Shown piece after piece: positions 39,301-54,300 of a DNA stretch of 63,681 nt; positions within the stretch are counted from its first letter, which is position 1; each line of letters opens with the position of its first letter. The notes under the pieces were generated by a model, which did not search any database, was not told the DNA's origin, and saw only the letters and a program-made list of their open reading frames with translations. Source of the stretch: Carcharhinus longimanus (taxonomy: Eukaryota); the NCBI GenBank assembly GCA_030264375.1, contig JASCQW010000190.1, positions 47,861,503-47,925,183 of the forward strand. Direction: 5' to 3'. The position numbers and the translations under genes were made by a program.

Positions 39301-42300
39301 GTGTGGAGTTTGCACATTCTTCCCATGTCTGCGTGGGTTTCCTCCGGGTGCTCCGGTTTTCTCCCACAGTCCAAACCTGCGCAGATTATGTGGACTAGCC
39401 ATGCTAAATTGCCTCTTAGCATCAGGGGGATTAGCAGGGTAAATGCATGAAGTTACAGGGGGAGGGCTTGGGTGGGATTGTTGTTGATGCAGGCTCGATG
39501 GGTCAAATGGCCTCCTTCTACATTATAGGGATTCTATGATTCCGTAAAAGGGTCTCTCAGCTCTCAGATATCAGTCCAAGCTTCATGGCAACTATCGCTG
39601 CCTTGAAGCTTGTGACCCCCAGATCTCATCTCACCCACAGTTTGGAAACCCTGCATTCATTTATTCTGGTGAATGTTACTACTCATTTAATCAGAATTTT
39701 TGAGTGAGAATCTCTTACATATAGCCTCAATCCTAGTACCTTTGATAAAGCAAATTTGTGATAATGTAATATACAGATGGAGTATTTGGATGAGTATCAT
39801 GAATCATATTGTAGGTCAAAGCAAAGTTTAGTGCATTGTGAGTTGTAGGAAGAAAGTTAGGCCATATCACAAGTCCAACCCATGAGTAATCTGTCTTTAA
39901 CACCTAATAAGTCTAAGAATCAATGACAAGTGGATAAATGCACTAAATGTGGCATGGTGGCACAGTGGTTAGCACTGCTGCCTCAAGCGCCAGGGACTTG
40001 GGTTCAATTCCATCCTTGGATGACTACCTGTATGGAGTTTGTACATTCTCCCTGTGTCTGCATGGGTTTCCTTTGGGTGCTCCGGTTTCCTCCCAGAGTC
40101 CAAAGATGTGCAGGTTGGGTGGATTGGCCACGATAAATTGCCCCTTTGTATCCCAAGATGGCGAGGTGCATTAGCCATGGGAAATAAGTGGGGTAATGGG
40201 GATAGGGCAGGGGAGAAGGCCTGGGTAAGATACTCTGTCAGAGTTGCTGCACATTCAATGGACCAAATGACATATCTTCTGCACTGTAGGGATTCTATGA
40301 TTCTATATTCAGATACACAGGCCAAAGATTACTGAGATCCATTGGGTAATTTAGAAACACAGATATAACAGACAAAAAAAAACAAAGCTCATCTAGTTTT
40401 CTTTTCCAATCCTGGTGGTCCCATGTTCCAGTGGTCATGGAGCAGCTAGCTACTCAAAGCTATCAATCTCTATCAATTAGTCTACAACAGGCTCAGGCAT
40501 GAGATGAGGTAAAACCAGGGAGTAGAAAGCCACAGGATTCATAGGTCCAAAGTCACCTCCTCTTCCCAAGCCATTGTATGCCATCTCATAAATTACTCAT
40601 ATATTGTTTGTATAGTATTTTCTGAACAAAATCTACCGAATTTGCATTGAAACAAATGCTTTCGACATCTCACCAGGAGCCTGTCCCACAAACTGACCAT
40701 TTGCTCCCTAAATTGTCACTGAGATTACTTTTAAATTTGCTCCCCTTTCAAGCGTAGATCAATTCCTACTGTGTTGATTAAAACAGTCTGTCACGATCTG
40801 GTTGGAATTCCAGAAGTAGCAATTCATGTGACACATCTGTGCTGCAATTGACCTGGCAGCTGGTGCAGTGTGGGGACAGGAGGAAAAAGGGAGACTGACA
40901 GCAAAGTCAGCTGCCTGATTGTTGCGGGAAATGTATATCTTTAACTGTGGGTGGTGATGTGATTGAGTTCGGCTTCATGAGAAAATCATTGCCAACACTC
41001 AATAATGCAATGCTCGCTACCTATAACATTGACGCATTGAGTGCTGACTTGCCAAATTAGAGGGTGCAATCGGAGGAGGGCAGGGTGGGAGGGGGCTCTC
41101 TCTAGCTCCATTGGGAGGTCTTCCCTTTAGCGATGGGGGGGGGGCGTTCTCCTGGTGTATGGGCAGGGGAGGTTTCCCCTTATGCAGTCACGGGGGAGAT
41201 CTCTCTATTTCCTTGAGGAGTGGAGGTTCCGGTTTTATCTATTGGAAATCGGGCGCGCTTTTTAAAGGGCGCCCCAATCTTGGGATTCCACGTTCCTGGC
41301 CTTTTCCGGTCTTGCCTGGTCCCGCCAGTGGGAGTCACGCTGCAGATTTGTTGCGCACAAGGTGCTGGATTATCTCCTGTGGGTGCCACTCTAGGTACAT
41401 TTTTAAAATAATTAATGGAAATTAATGAAAATAATTAATGGGAGTGACAGTGGTTAGCACTGCTGCTTCCCAGCACCAGGGACCTGGGTTTGATTTCTGG
41501 TTTGGGCCACTGTCTATGTGGAGTTTGCATGTTCTCCCCATGTCTGTGTGGGTTTTCTCTGGGTGCTCCAGTTTCCTCCCACCGTCTGAAAGATGTGCTG
41601 GTCAGGTGCATTGACCCAGACAGGTGCCGGATGTGGTGACTAGGGGAATTTCACAGTAACTTCATTGCAGTGTTAATGTAAGCCTTACTTGGGACTAATA
41701 AATAAAACTTCAAACCTTAAGAATGTGGAAATCACCAATCCTAATTGCCCTGATATGGTGGGCCACTTACTTGATCTTACACTGCAGTGGGTTAATACAA
41801 CTGAGTGGTTTGCTGAGACACTTCAGAGGGAACTTGAGGATTCTTAAGAGAAGAGTCAATACAACTGTGTGGACTGCAGCGTTTCAAGAAGGCAGCTCAC
41901 CACCACCTTCTCAAGGGCAGACCCCCGCACTAATCCAGGTTGATTCTGGAGATGAGGGGGTTAGCTTATGAGGAGAGATTGAGTAGACTGGGCCTGTACT
42001 TGTTGGAGTTTAGAAGGCTGAGGGGAGATCTTATAGAGACATATAAGATAATGAAGGGGCTAGACAGGGTAGAAGCAGANNNNNNNNNNNNNNNNNNNNN
42101 NNNNNNNNNNNNNNNNNNNNNNNNNNNNNNNNNNNNNNNNNNNNNNNNNNNNNNNNNNNNNNNNNNNNNNNNNNNNNNNNNNNNNNNNNNNNNNNNNNNN
42201 NNNNNNNNNNNNNNNNNNNNNNNNNNNNNNNNNNNNNNNNNNNNNNNNNNNNNNNNNNNNNNNNNNNNNNNNNNNNNNNNNNNNNNNNNNNNNNNNNNNN

Positions 42301-45300
42301 NNNNNNNNNNNNNNNNNNNNNNNNNNNNNNNNNNNNNNNNNNNNNNNNNNNNNNNNNNNNNNNNNNNNNNNNNNNNNNNNNNNNNNNNNNNNNNNNNNNN
42401 NNNNNNNNNNNNNNNNNNNNNNNNNNNNNNNNNNNNNTGGGATAGGAAAATTCCCCCATGTTGTCTGAATTATTAATCCAGGTCTCTGGATTAGCACTCT
42501 AGTAACATGAGCACTACACTATGATACCCTTCTTCCCCATCCTTTTCATTTGCAAAAACTAACTCCTCTGTTGGTTTTAATGACCAATTTGCAGCCTCAT
42601 CCAAATGGACGGAGAGTTGAGATTTTTCTGGAGATGTAGGTAGTTAATGTTTAAATGTAAAAAAAAGCAAATTCTTTTCCAAAATTACATAACAAGATTT
42701 TGAAAATAGCTTCAAAAATAGTATTAATAAGTAAAAAAGTTTTAACAACCTCTGCGTTTTCACTTGTAGATACATCAATGCAAGGGGATTGGCAGGGTAA
42801 ATAGATGGAGTTGTGGGGATAGGACCTGAGTGGGATTGTGGATGGTGCAGACTCGATGGGCCGAATGGCCTCCTTCTGCACTGTAGGGATTCTTTGATCT
42901 CTGCAGTACAAATCCACTAATTGGAACCAGAATGTGAAGTTTTCTCCAGATGGAGGGTACATGCTGGACCCAATATTTTATACCTCGATGTTCTGTAATG
43001 CGCTTTTGGCTGAATTCGCTATTTTGTTTCTAATTGTCAGACTAAAAAGCTGCACTGTCTCTGGGCCTCACTTTGTGCTTGACACCCTGTACCTAACTCA
43101 CTCCATTAACAAAAGCCTTGTTCTTCTTTACCTCACTTCAACCTCAAACATCCTGGGACATTTCTTCAGGGCCGATGCCAAGCAGAGAACCCCATCTTCT
43201 GAGGTGCCATTGTTGCTGAGGCTAGGAGAGAAAGGATTAAAAAGAAGCTTGCATGAATACGAACAATGATGTTTAAACACAACTGGGCGGGTTTTTCCAG
43301 CCCTGCCTGTTGCGGACATTGTCGCAGGTGGGACCCGAAAATCCTACACATTGTGCTTCTCAAGATATATCAGTTAGTGCACCAATACTAGTCAACGCAA
43401 ATAAATCACGGGCCACTATTCCACTGCACTAATTTGTACACCCTTGATGAATGCAAAAGATCTTACTCTCTTTCCTCACATCCCAATTTTGCTGCAGTTA
43501 ATTCTTAAATGCGTTTACACCAGTAACATTAGTCACCCATTGTCATACTGTCTGACCGCATCCTCACCTCGGTGCAATGTGGCACCAGTGATCTTTCATG
43601 AATAAAAGAATGAAATGTTAGTGAGCTAATGCATTCAAATAATGTTTAGGGCATTATTTCAGATGGTTAAGGTGTCTCTCACTGGTCTTTGTATTATGTA
43701 CTTGCATTCTTCCTGAATAGAAACTGCGCCCAGCATCTCTAAAATTAAACCCAAATCCAAGATTTAATGCATAATAAGCGTGCTTACTGTTACAGGTTAA
43801 TATACCAGGAGCTGCACTTAAGTCTTTTTATGAATAATCAATGATCTATAGACTTACTTAATCAGTTTGGAAATGTCAAAATCTGGCAGGATCTCAACAA
43901 GTCTTCTTAAACCTTCATCTTTCAGTTCATTATCAGACAAGCTAAAAAAAAACAAAGATACTCTTGCTAGCAAAAGGCATTCTAATTAAGATTCAGAGCC
44001 TGCAATGATATAACCAGAGACATGGGGTGATATGGGGTAGATTATTCCACAAGGGGTTATTACACAAATAGAAGTGGTTCAGACTGGGCTTCTGCGTATC
44101 AGTCAACAGTGCCATGACCTTGACCCCTTTTCCTTGGTGAGGGTCAATATGAAGTGGGCTTCTAGAGGTATCTCCAATTGTCAGAGAGGCTCATCGCTGC
44201 CAGAGAGGAAAGGATCATGTTATTGCTGCAGTGCGTGAGATAGGGAGGACCCAATATTCCCTCTAAACTGTGAGGCCAAGCAGTAAGTTCCCATGCAGAC
44301 CAGGCACGAATTGTCCTATAAATTAAATTTAAAGGGCACACATTCTTAAATGGTACAGTGGCATCGTGGTTAGCACTGCTGCCTGATGGTACCAGGGACC
44401 CAGGTTCGATTCCCAGCTTGGGTCACTGCCTGTGTGGAGTCTGCATGTTCTCCCTGTGTCTGCGTGGGTTTCCTTGGTTGCTCCAGTTTCCTCTCACAGT
44501 CCGAAAGGTGTGCTGGTTAGCTGCATTGGCCACGCTAAATTCTCCCTCAACATACCAAAATAGTGCCGGAGTGTGGCAACTAGGGGATTTTACAGCAAGT
44601 TCACTGCAGTATTAATGTAACCCTATTGTGACGCTAATAAATAAACTTTAAACTAGCTACATGTTACAAAAGTAGAGAGTGTTTTGTTGGGTCTGTTTAA
44701 AAGGAAGCAGAAATCTTTTAGATATTCCTACACTGAATTTTGGATGGGTTTTGAACAAGGTTACATGCAGCAGAGAACTAGTGGAAGGTGGGTCCAAAGG
44801 AGTTCTGCAACAGGGTAGATAGTCACATATTGATAACTAGAAAGAAAACATCAAAATCAAGCTGGAAGTGGGTGAGAGGGGCACATTCTTACAAGGTTTC
44901 TCACCTTTACTCCATTGTTCCTGAGTTTCAGTGGCTCTTCCCCTGAAATCATTGGGATTGAGTGGGCAAATCCCTAGGGAAAATTCATCTCGCAAGATTT
45001 CTAGAAATCTCATTAAACTAGACACTGCGATCCTCAAATTCAAAGCCAGTGCCATGTAACATGATTCCAGTCATGTTTTTGAATTTAAATTATTCTTCGT
45101 CTAGCATCAGCTCTTGGAGGCAGCTTGCACTTAAAGTCACTTCTTCAGTCCTCCTTGGAAACCATTAATGTGTATAAACTGACATATGCACATACAGAAT
45201 AAGAGCAGAAGTAGGCCATTCGGCCCCTCAAGCTTACTCCACCATTTGATTAGATCAAGGCTGATCTGATTGTTTTTCATGTTCCACACCTCCATCTACC

Positions 45301-48300
45301 CCCGATGGTTCTCAATGGAATTAACACACCAGCCAAAAGTGATGGGGACGGAAAGACAAAATAAAAGACTGAGAAGGAAGACAGAGGCGTTGGGTGCTAG
45401 GAACCATTGAAAGAAGAACATGAACCAAGATATAACTTCTGGCTGTCTTTACTCTGTTGGGCCACACAGGGCAGGGAAGTTTGAAGATATCACAGAGAAA
45501 CAATTGGACTTACTCGAGAGATGCCAACTGTGGACAGTGCTGTAGTATTCTGCTGAGAACTGGAACATGCTGTGCGTCTAATTTGCAGTTCACAAGACTG
45601 TAAAAGAAGAATATCCAACAGACATCAGTGTTACTAATTAATGATCCAACAAAACCCTTTAATACAATTACTCTATCCTTTCGTCACTCAATACCCAATA
45701 TTGCTAGGTGTAAGCCAAGGTTTAGTTGGTAGCACTCACATCTAAGCCACAATGTCATGAGTTTAAGTGTCCGGAAAACAGAAATAGTTTTAAGGAATCT
45801 ACATTTGCATTGTTAAATATTAGAAATAAGGTATCATTTTAAATGGGTTTAATTCAGTTTTGCTGTGTAAGGAAGGGTAAAATTAGAGTTAGATTCATGC
45901 TAGACAAATGTTTTGTATGTGTGGGGGCCTGTAGTTTCAATTAAAACTGTGATTCTGCTGTACTTAGAGAGAAAACGGTGTGAAAACAAGCTGGCAGAAG
46001 TATAAAGTTGTTGCTTTGAAACCAGGGCACCGTTACGGTTGGAATGCTTTTTGAGTGGAGTTTGAACTGAATTCATCAGCAGTTGCTCTTAGAAGAGAAC
46101 ATCTCTCTGGTTTGCCATACCGTATAGTAATGGTAATGGTCTTCGCAGGAGTGAGGCTAGGAGGCAACCGAGGTTCAACGAACGAAGGAACTTTATTAAG
46201 ATAATGTGTTCAGTGCAGCTTACAAACCTAGACTGCACAATTCTGGTAAGAAATCACTATACATACACAACAAAAACAAGTGCAGGAAACTTAAAAAACA
46301 GCTGGTTATGAAAACTAGAGAAATGAAGAAAAATTTCTAAGAAGTCTCAAGTTAAAAGAACAAAGAGGTACATGATGGTGGCACAGTAGTCAGCCTCACA
46401 GAGCCACAAATCAGGATTGATTCCGGCCTTGGGTAACTGTGTAGAGTTTGTACATTCACCAAATGTCTGTGTGGGTTTCCTTTGGTTTTCTCCCACAGTC
46501 AAAGATGTGCAGATTAGCTGAATTGGCCATGCTAAGTTGCTCCTGAGTATCCAAAGATGTGTGAGTTAGGTGGATTAATCATGGTAAATGTACAGGGTTG
46601 TGGGGATTGGCAGGGTAAGATGCTCCTTTCAAGAGTCAACACAGACTTGATGGGCTGAATGGCTTCCTTCTGCACTGTAGGGACTCTACAGTTCTTTGGT
46701 AACAGGGCACTGTTTGTAAAAGTCAAAGTCAGTCTTGGGAAGAGATCAGCTGATGAGGTTTGCTGCAGATGAGCCACATATCTGAAGCAGTACTAAGGNN
46801 NNNNNNNNNNNNNNNNNNNNNNNNNNNNNNNNNNNNNNNNNNNNNNNNNNNNNNNNNNNNNNNNNNNNNNNNNNNNNNNNNNNNNNNNNNNNNNNNNNCA
46901 CATATCTGAAGCAGTCCTAAGGTTTGGAAAACTGATTTCTAATGTTTAACTCAATTAATATTATGTTGGGACTGAGTACCTGAGTTTGTGTATAAACGTT
47001 GAAGACAAATGAAACCTGAAAGGGAAGGTGGAAAACCTGATGCTGGATTCATTGGTAAAATGGAGTGGAATCTTTGAGAGGATAGTTGGAAAATCTGGAG
47101 TGAATTTTAATGGTAACAGTTAATGGAAAGCATTGCTTGAAAGAAGATTTTAAAGTGTGTCTTTTTAGGGATTGAGTGCGGAAACCCTCATGTGACAATC
47201 TTCTTGGCAGGGATTGTGAGAGAAATCCATGGGAGGTTGTTTGAGTGGAATCAGCCATTTGTTTGGGAATAGAGTGATATTTTTGAAAACTGTATGCATT
47301 TATGAAGCAAAGGGGGAGTACAGGAGTATTGTATCATAATCAAATAAACGTTACGATCTTTTGAGCCAAGGTTCGTTTCTGGAATCTTCCCGACCAATAG
47401 TATCATCAACTGGGATTGTAACACAAGTCCCACTCCAGAGCTCTGCTTCCTGTGACTAAGCAGTCCCCTATCCATGCTAACATGTTACCTAAACAACATG
47501 AGCTCTTATTTGCATAGAATCATAGAATCACTCGGCCCATCAATTCTGCACCAACTCTCTGACAGAGTAACTTATCCAGGCCCTATCCCTGTAGCCCCAC
47601 ACATTTACAACGGCTGATCCAGCTAACCTACACATGTTGAGACACAAAAAGGCAATTTAGCATGACCAATCCACCTAACATGCACATCTTTCGACTTTTT
47701 ACAAAGTAATTTTTATGTGGCCCCTTATCAAATACTTTTTGAAAATGAAACCACATCAGATCGACTGCTTCCCAATTATTCAACCTGCTTGTTACTTCCT
47801 CAAAGAACTCTAATAAATTAGTCAGACATGATTTCCCTTTCAAAAAACCATGTTGATTTTGTCTGATTGGGATTATAATTTTTTAAATGTCCTATTTTTA
47901 CATCGTTATCCATTAAGTTGATCTTTCTCTACACCATGATAATGGAGTCAAGCATTTTCCTAATGACAGATGCTAGGTGGACCGGATTAAAGTTTCCTGC
48001 TTTCTGTCTTTCCTGGTAAGGATTGCACATTATATTGTTTAACACATCTGGCTGTCAAATAGCCTCATACTGGTGAAGATGCAACAGGGACAGTATTGGG
48101 GGAGTTTCAAATGCAAACAGAGTGGATTTTTTTTGGGGGGGGTGCTGGTACAGGGCAGAGCAGCACCACTCTCATATCAGGAATTGAAGCCTGGACTATT
48201 TTAAGCTTCAGCTGTCCATCCATAGCAGGTGTTAAGGGGCAGCCAGACAAATGTTGGTAAGAGAAGGTTATGAAGTCTGAACATCTCTTTTGCTGGCATA

Positions 48301-51300
48301 TAGATGAGTCATGAAATCATCGGAAAAGCAACCAGCATAAACAAGGACCCCACGTACCCCGGACATGCTCTCTTCCACCTCCTTCCGTTGGGAAAAAGGT
48401 ACAAAAGTCTGAGGTCATGTACCAACCAAAATCAGCTTTTTCTCTTCTACCACAGACATTGGGGTGGACCTACCTTGCATTAAGTTGATCTTTCTCTACA
48501 CCCTAGCTTTGACTGTAATGCTACATTCTGCACTCTCTCCTTTCCTTCCCTATGTACGGTATGCTTTGTCTGTATAATGCGCCAGAAACATTACCTTTCA
48601 CTGTACACTAATACATGTGACAATGATAAATCAAATCAAATCAATTCGAAAAGGTGGGAAACTTGAAGCAATTGAAGCCCAAAGGTTCCTTGTGGTGGAG
48701 TTCTTATTCCTCTGTGTCCCACACAGACCAATTTAACATTACCTTTCAGAGCATCTCCTTCTTTCCCTGAGTTGAATGGCCGCAGTTGGTGCGTTGCTCA
48801 CTCAACAGTTAAAAGACCATCTAGGTTCTAATGGCATCACAGAACGTTAATTACAGTAATGCCCACCCTTGTTATCAACCGGGTGCAAGGGCCACCAAAT
48901 TTTGTTCTGATATTATTAACTGTAGGACAGGTCCAGCTCTGCTGTTTTTTGCCTTTACACTGTCCGGAACCTTATGTACCACTTCCCACTGGGTTAGTCT
49001 TTCTTTCTAACATATACCTGGTGCTGCCCCTGCTTCCCACACTCTTTATTGAAGCAGGATTGGTTTCCCAGCTGGCATGGCGAGGGATGTGATGTGTCAC
49101 CACGCATTGTGGTGGGACAGACTCTGCTTCTGGAGCCACTCCAGGCCTCATGGCCGTCTGGGGCTGTGCCACACAGCGCAGTGATATGGTCACACCTGAC
49201 AATGGATGTTGAAACTACAAAATAAGTCTTTACTTCCACAGGGACTGTGCAGTGATCACACCTGCCAAAATTCTTGGGTCAGACATATCTGCAACAGGTA
49301 AATGGGTGAGGACAAGGTTACTTGATTCACTATCTGACGCAGGCCCATTCCTACAGCTGTAACTCAGCCAGCTTGGTCAGTGATGGCACTACAGAGTCAC
49401 TATTGTTGCTGACTTNNNNNNNNNNNNNNNNNNNNNNNNNNNNNNNNNNNNNNNNNNNNNNNNCCAAAAATGCTCAACACAAGAGTATTGTTTTGTCAAC
49501 TGAATGGGAGCAATAAGTAATCTCTTGTTTTCCATTAACAGCCACAAAGCTTCACACTGAAGGTCCCCAATATTACCCCAATGGAAGTATCTGAACTCAT
49601 GATCTCCACTTACCCAACTCACACTACATGGCATGTATCTTATGATCAGTAATAGGATCTTTCTCAAGGCACGTCGCCATGGTAACTGTCTCAACAGCTC
49701 ATGTGACACTCCTAGAAACCACAGACTCCAGCTGCCTAACTTATGTTGTGCATTTTAGCAGCAGTTTGTGTATATTCTGGACTCTCTGAGTGAAAAGTTC
49801 TGTATAAATACTCCCTAACCTAAAGATAAAGTTAAATTTCAGATTATTCAGAGGGCTATCTTCCCCGGGCAACATGGCCAACTTCCAGTGAAAAACAGCC
49901 TTCTTCCTAACTTTAACCTTCCTCTCCTGAAGGTGTTTCCCTCCACTAAGATTAGGTCCATAGATGGCAGCACTCTCATCAGAATATCTGTCCTTAACTG
50001 TTAACTACCCTTGGTCTTGTCAGAGGTCAGAGTTTGGGGTTTCTACTCTATCACTTGTTTGTTTACTTCCATGTTCAATATTAAAAACATGAAGAAAGGG
50101 GAAGCGCAGTGTCTGTGGTTTCTGATGTGGTTCAGTTTAGATTCACATGCGCTGCTGAATAGCACCACATTCGATTAGACAAAAAACACTGCCCATTGCT
50201 GGAAAGTCCCCTCATCGCAATTAAAGAGCACATGTTTGTTTCCATTTTCAGTTCAAAGCTCCCTGTCCACTGGAACTGTACCAAAATGCTCAGGCAGGCA
50301 GTCAGAACTGAACTGAACTGAACTGCAATATTGACTTCACAAAAAGCATAGTTAGCGGCTAGCTGCTTCAGAACGAGACAACAAAATCATCACGGTATTC
50401 ACTCGTACCACAATAATAATGCTGAATAACACTTAACTACTTCCAGGCAAACTTTCACTTCCCCTTGTAAAGTCACTAGAGTCATCTTCCTACCTATTTG
50501 CGGATTTACATTGAGGAACACTTTGGAAAGCAGGTCAGCAATATTGCCTTAGACTGCTGGTACTGGGACCCTGTGCCAACAGTATTACTGATTGGATTAC
50601 ACTGGGGTAAAAGGCTGCTCCTACATAGGATCACCCACATGCAGGCACACAAATATGCATGTATGTATGCACACACGTACACACACACACACGTGCACAC
50701 ACACACACACATATGCACACATATGCATGCAGGCACACACACAGGCACATAGACACACACATACATGCATGCACAAGCACAATAGAAAATTAATCTCCAG
50801 GGGCAACACTGTTCATTCCCCGTTTCTGAAGGGTTTTCAGGCAGGTGGTGGCTATAAAATTCTTTGGATCTCCTGCTCATTGGGTTGACATCGACACGAA
50901 CATCTCTGCAACTTTACAGTGGGATGGGCAAGGCCTAAGCTGGCCCACCCACCCCTTTGCTCCAATTGAGGTCCTTAAGTGGACGTTACCCACCCAGCCT
51001 TAATTTTCAGGCTAGTGAGAGGAGTTCCAGGAGTAGGAGGGGACTCTTGGTTGGGAAGGAGGGAGCCTCCATCAATAGCATCTTTCTAGTAGTGTGCACC
51101 TTCCACAATCCTCTCCCCCAAACCAAAAGGTTCTGTCTGCTCTTAATGTCTCATCTCCCACTGGCCTCTCCACCACTCCACGCTCCCCACCTTACCTCTC
51201 CTCCCTGCCCTGAGACACCCCTTAAATTTAGCTAGTTCTGAAATCCAGGGACTTAGGCCCTGCTTACTGCAGCTGCAGGAACTAGAGCTACAGGCCAATC

Positions 51301-54300
51301 AGACTGGCTGACAGCCCTCTGTGAGCTGGGACACCCTCCTGACTGCGGGGCAGAGGTCCTGTCTCCAGCCAATTCACACCTATGGGAGTGGAGTCTGAAA
51401 TGAGTTTGGGGCAGGCAATATCAGTGGGGATAGAATTATAGAATCATAGATTCCCTACAGAGTAGAAGAGCCATTCAGCCTATTGGGCCTACACCGACAA
51501 CAATCCCACCCAGGCATGTAACCCACGTATTTACCAAGTTAGTCCCCCTGCCACTAAGGGGCAATTTAGCATGGCCAATCCACTGAACCCGCACATCTTT
51601 GGACTGTGGGAGGAAACCGCAGCACCCGGAGGAAACCAATGCAGGCACGGGGAGAATGCGCAGATTCCATACAGACAGTGACCCAAGGCCGGCAGTGGAT
51701 CCAGGACCCTGGCACTGTGAGGCAGCAGTGTTGACCACTGTGCCGCCTGGATCTATTCCCCACCAGGATGTATACGCTGCTGACTCCATAGGTGACAGAA
51801 ATGTAACCCCGCCATTCAAAAAATCATGGCCCAGCAAACTGCTGTGAACAAACCTTGTGGAAAATCATAGAGGCCTTAACAGGGAATTACACATTTTGTA
51901 AAAAAAATGATCGGAGATGTGGAGGTGCTGTTTGATTGGGCTGGATGGTCAGCGGTAGGAGGTCATGTGATGAGATCTCCAGGCAGAGTTGATAAGCAGA
52001 GCAGAGCTGGGCTGCTCTGTCTCGGGAAGTTAGAAAAGATTGCTGACAAGGCTGGGATTGGCTGCCAAAGCTGGAGGTCACTGGACAAACTCAACCCCTT
52101 GCTCTGGTCCAAAATCTCTAGCAGCAATTCCTTGTTTGTTTTAAAATGAAGGAGCAAGCTTCACAAGGTTAATCCAGCCTAAATAAACCATGGAAAAGTG
52201 AACACATCAGAGACTCGCCATTCCAATTACATTGATGTCATGTCTAAGCGAGGTGACAGACACATTTGCTGGCAGCCTTCCTGATGGGATTACTCACAAA
52301 TATTTCAGGGGAAACAGCTTCATCCTGTTTACAGTAAACAGGTAGCAGTGTCCACCAATAGCAATCACCATGCCCTACAGGAATGACACATAAACACGAG
52401 TTAAGATAACACCCTCAGGATCCACGTCAAGCCATGTACTTGAACAGAACACATCAGGTAAAAGATAATGGGAGTACATTTTCACCTTGTCACCTGGGTA
52501 TAAAACTGGCATCAACCAACTGCCCATGACAGGAATGCCTCTTTCTCATCTCTATTGAAATCAATAGAGTTCAGACTGGGTGAATTCTATTCTAGCCATC
52601 AACCAGGTCAAGTTGAACATCCACTTCAATAGCCTAGATTCTTCCCCCTTCCATTTATTTTCTGCCAATTCAGGTGCAATTGGCACCAGAAAATTCCCTT
52701 CTTCTCCAGCATCCTCCTCTCCCATTTTCTTTATTACACTTCTCAGAAATTATGTTCTCTGGATGTTGGGTGTAAGTTGGAAAGAAAAGAAAATACCTTG
52801 CAAAGAAAAAGATGCCATCTCCAAAACTCCCCGGCAAACCTGAGCTGTTTCCCATAACTGAAACTGCCAAATTCCACCCGTGGTTAGGTGTCAGCCACAG
52901 CTCTTAATAACAAGGTTGTGAGATCAAGTCACGCTCCAGGAATTTAAGAACCAGATAGAGAGAAATTTGTCAATGTAGCGCTGCTTCTGGCAGCTCAGTG
53001 CAAGTTTACTTTGATCCCCTGGGGGCAGCTGATATCAAGGGCTGCTACTACTCGATGCGTGTGGCTTTCCTCATTGATATAACTGATGAACAGGCTGCAC
53101 AGATTGCATGTGGCCCTGGTCTGCCAGGGAAACAATATAATATCTACAACTTCACATAAAGCAGCATTCGCAGCTGTCACACCATTGCGCTACTGGGGGA
53201 GTGCTGCACTGTTGGAGGTGTACTGTTTCGGTTCAGATGTAAAACTGAGACCTGACCTGGCCTGTAGAATAGATGTAAGAGATCCCAAGATACTATTCAA
53301 AGGAGAGCAAAGGAATCCTTCTCAATAAACTTCATCAACATTCATCTCTCAACTGACAGCACCCAAAGGAGATCTCAGAATCATAAAGTGCAGAAGAGGC
53401 CCTTCAGCCCATCAAGTCTGCACCAACACACAGGAAATACTTGAGCTCACATCTAATCCCATTTATGAACACTTGATCCATAGCCTTCAATGTTATGATG
53501 TGCCAAGTGCTCATCCAGGTACTTTTTAACGGATGTGAGGCAACCTGCTTCTACCATCCTCCCAGGCAGCGCATTCCAGACCGCCACCACCCTCTGAGTA
53601 AAAAGATTTTCTTCACATTCCCCCTAAACCTCCTGTCCCTCACCTTGAACCTATGTCCCCTCATGACTGACCCCTCAATTGAGGGCAACAGCTGCTCCCT
53701 ATCCACTCTGCCCATGCCCCTCAAATCGATTAATTCCAACTTGCCCTTGAATTGGGTCGCGCCAACAATAATAATGCAAGGTGATCCAACCACTCATCAT
53801 TAAATGCTCTATCCCAGGCAGCACCCTGGTGAATCTCCTCTGCACCTCCTTCAGTGCTATCACATCCTCCCGGAATTCTCCAGTTTGTTCTTCCAGGTGA
53901 CAGAGGACATTGGTTAGGAAGTGTTGTCAAAGGAGCTGTGGTGAGTTGCTATCTTGTGGATGGTACACATGCAGGCATTGTGTGCCAGTATCCGAAGGAC
54001 ACAGTAGGATACATTTTGCAGCTCTTCACACATGCCTTGCACACCTCGAGCACAGATAGAGGGACATGGGCCCTCCATCTTCTGATGTGTATCTGTAACA
54101 TGCAAGAGGCCTCATCTAGAGCTGAAATTGGAAAAATCACGCTGAGCAAGGTAGGACTGATGCAATTTTTTATTACAATCTGACTAACTTCCACCGACAT
54201 CCAGCTTGTTCTGGCCTCATCACTGGTTCTATGCTGTGGGCACATTTGGGCAGGTCTGCCCTGACTATTTTTTGGTAAGAAGTGGAAGGGGCTGAGGGGC

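Noticed and set aside
46775-46922. Direct repeat cacatatctgaagcagt(a/c)ctaagg on both sides of a 100-N gap
   Set aside because: Most likely a contig-overlap artefact at a placeholder gap.
48743-48800. Possible linker exon with gtaatg donor
   Set aside because: No credible in-phase acceptor; upstream in-frame stop.
49736-49819. 84-nt phase 2-2 minus-strand segment with a good acceptor (LGSIYTELFTQRVQNIHKLLLKCTT*V)
   Set aside because: In-frame stop, poor GC donor, LRR spacing does not fit, and the module is complete without it.
50498-50888. His/Thr- and Cys/Val-rich ORFs
   Set aside because: Translations of the (CA)n microsatellite.
53010-53082. Open segment YINEESHTHRVVAALDISCPQGIK with AG/GT ends
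   Set aside because: 73 nt, wrong phase, no LRR similarity.
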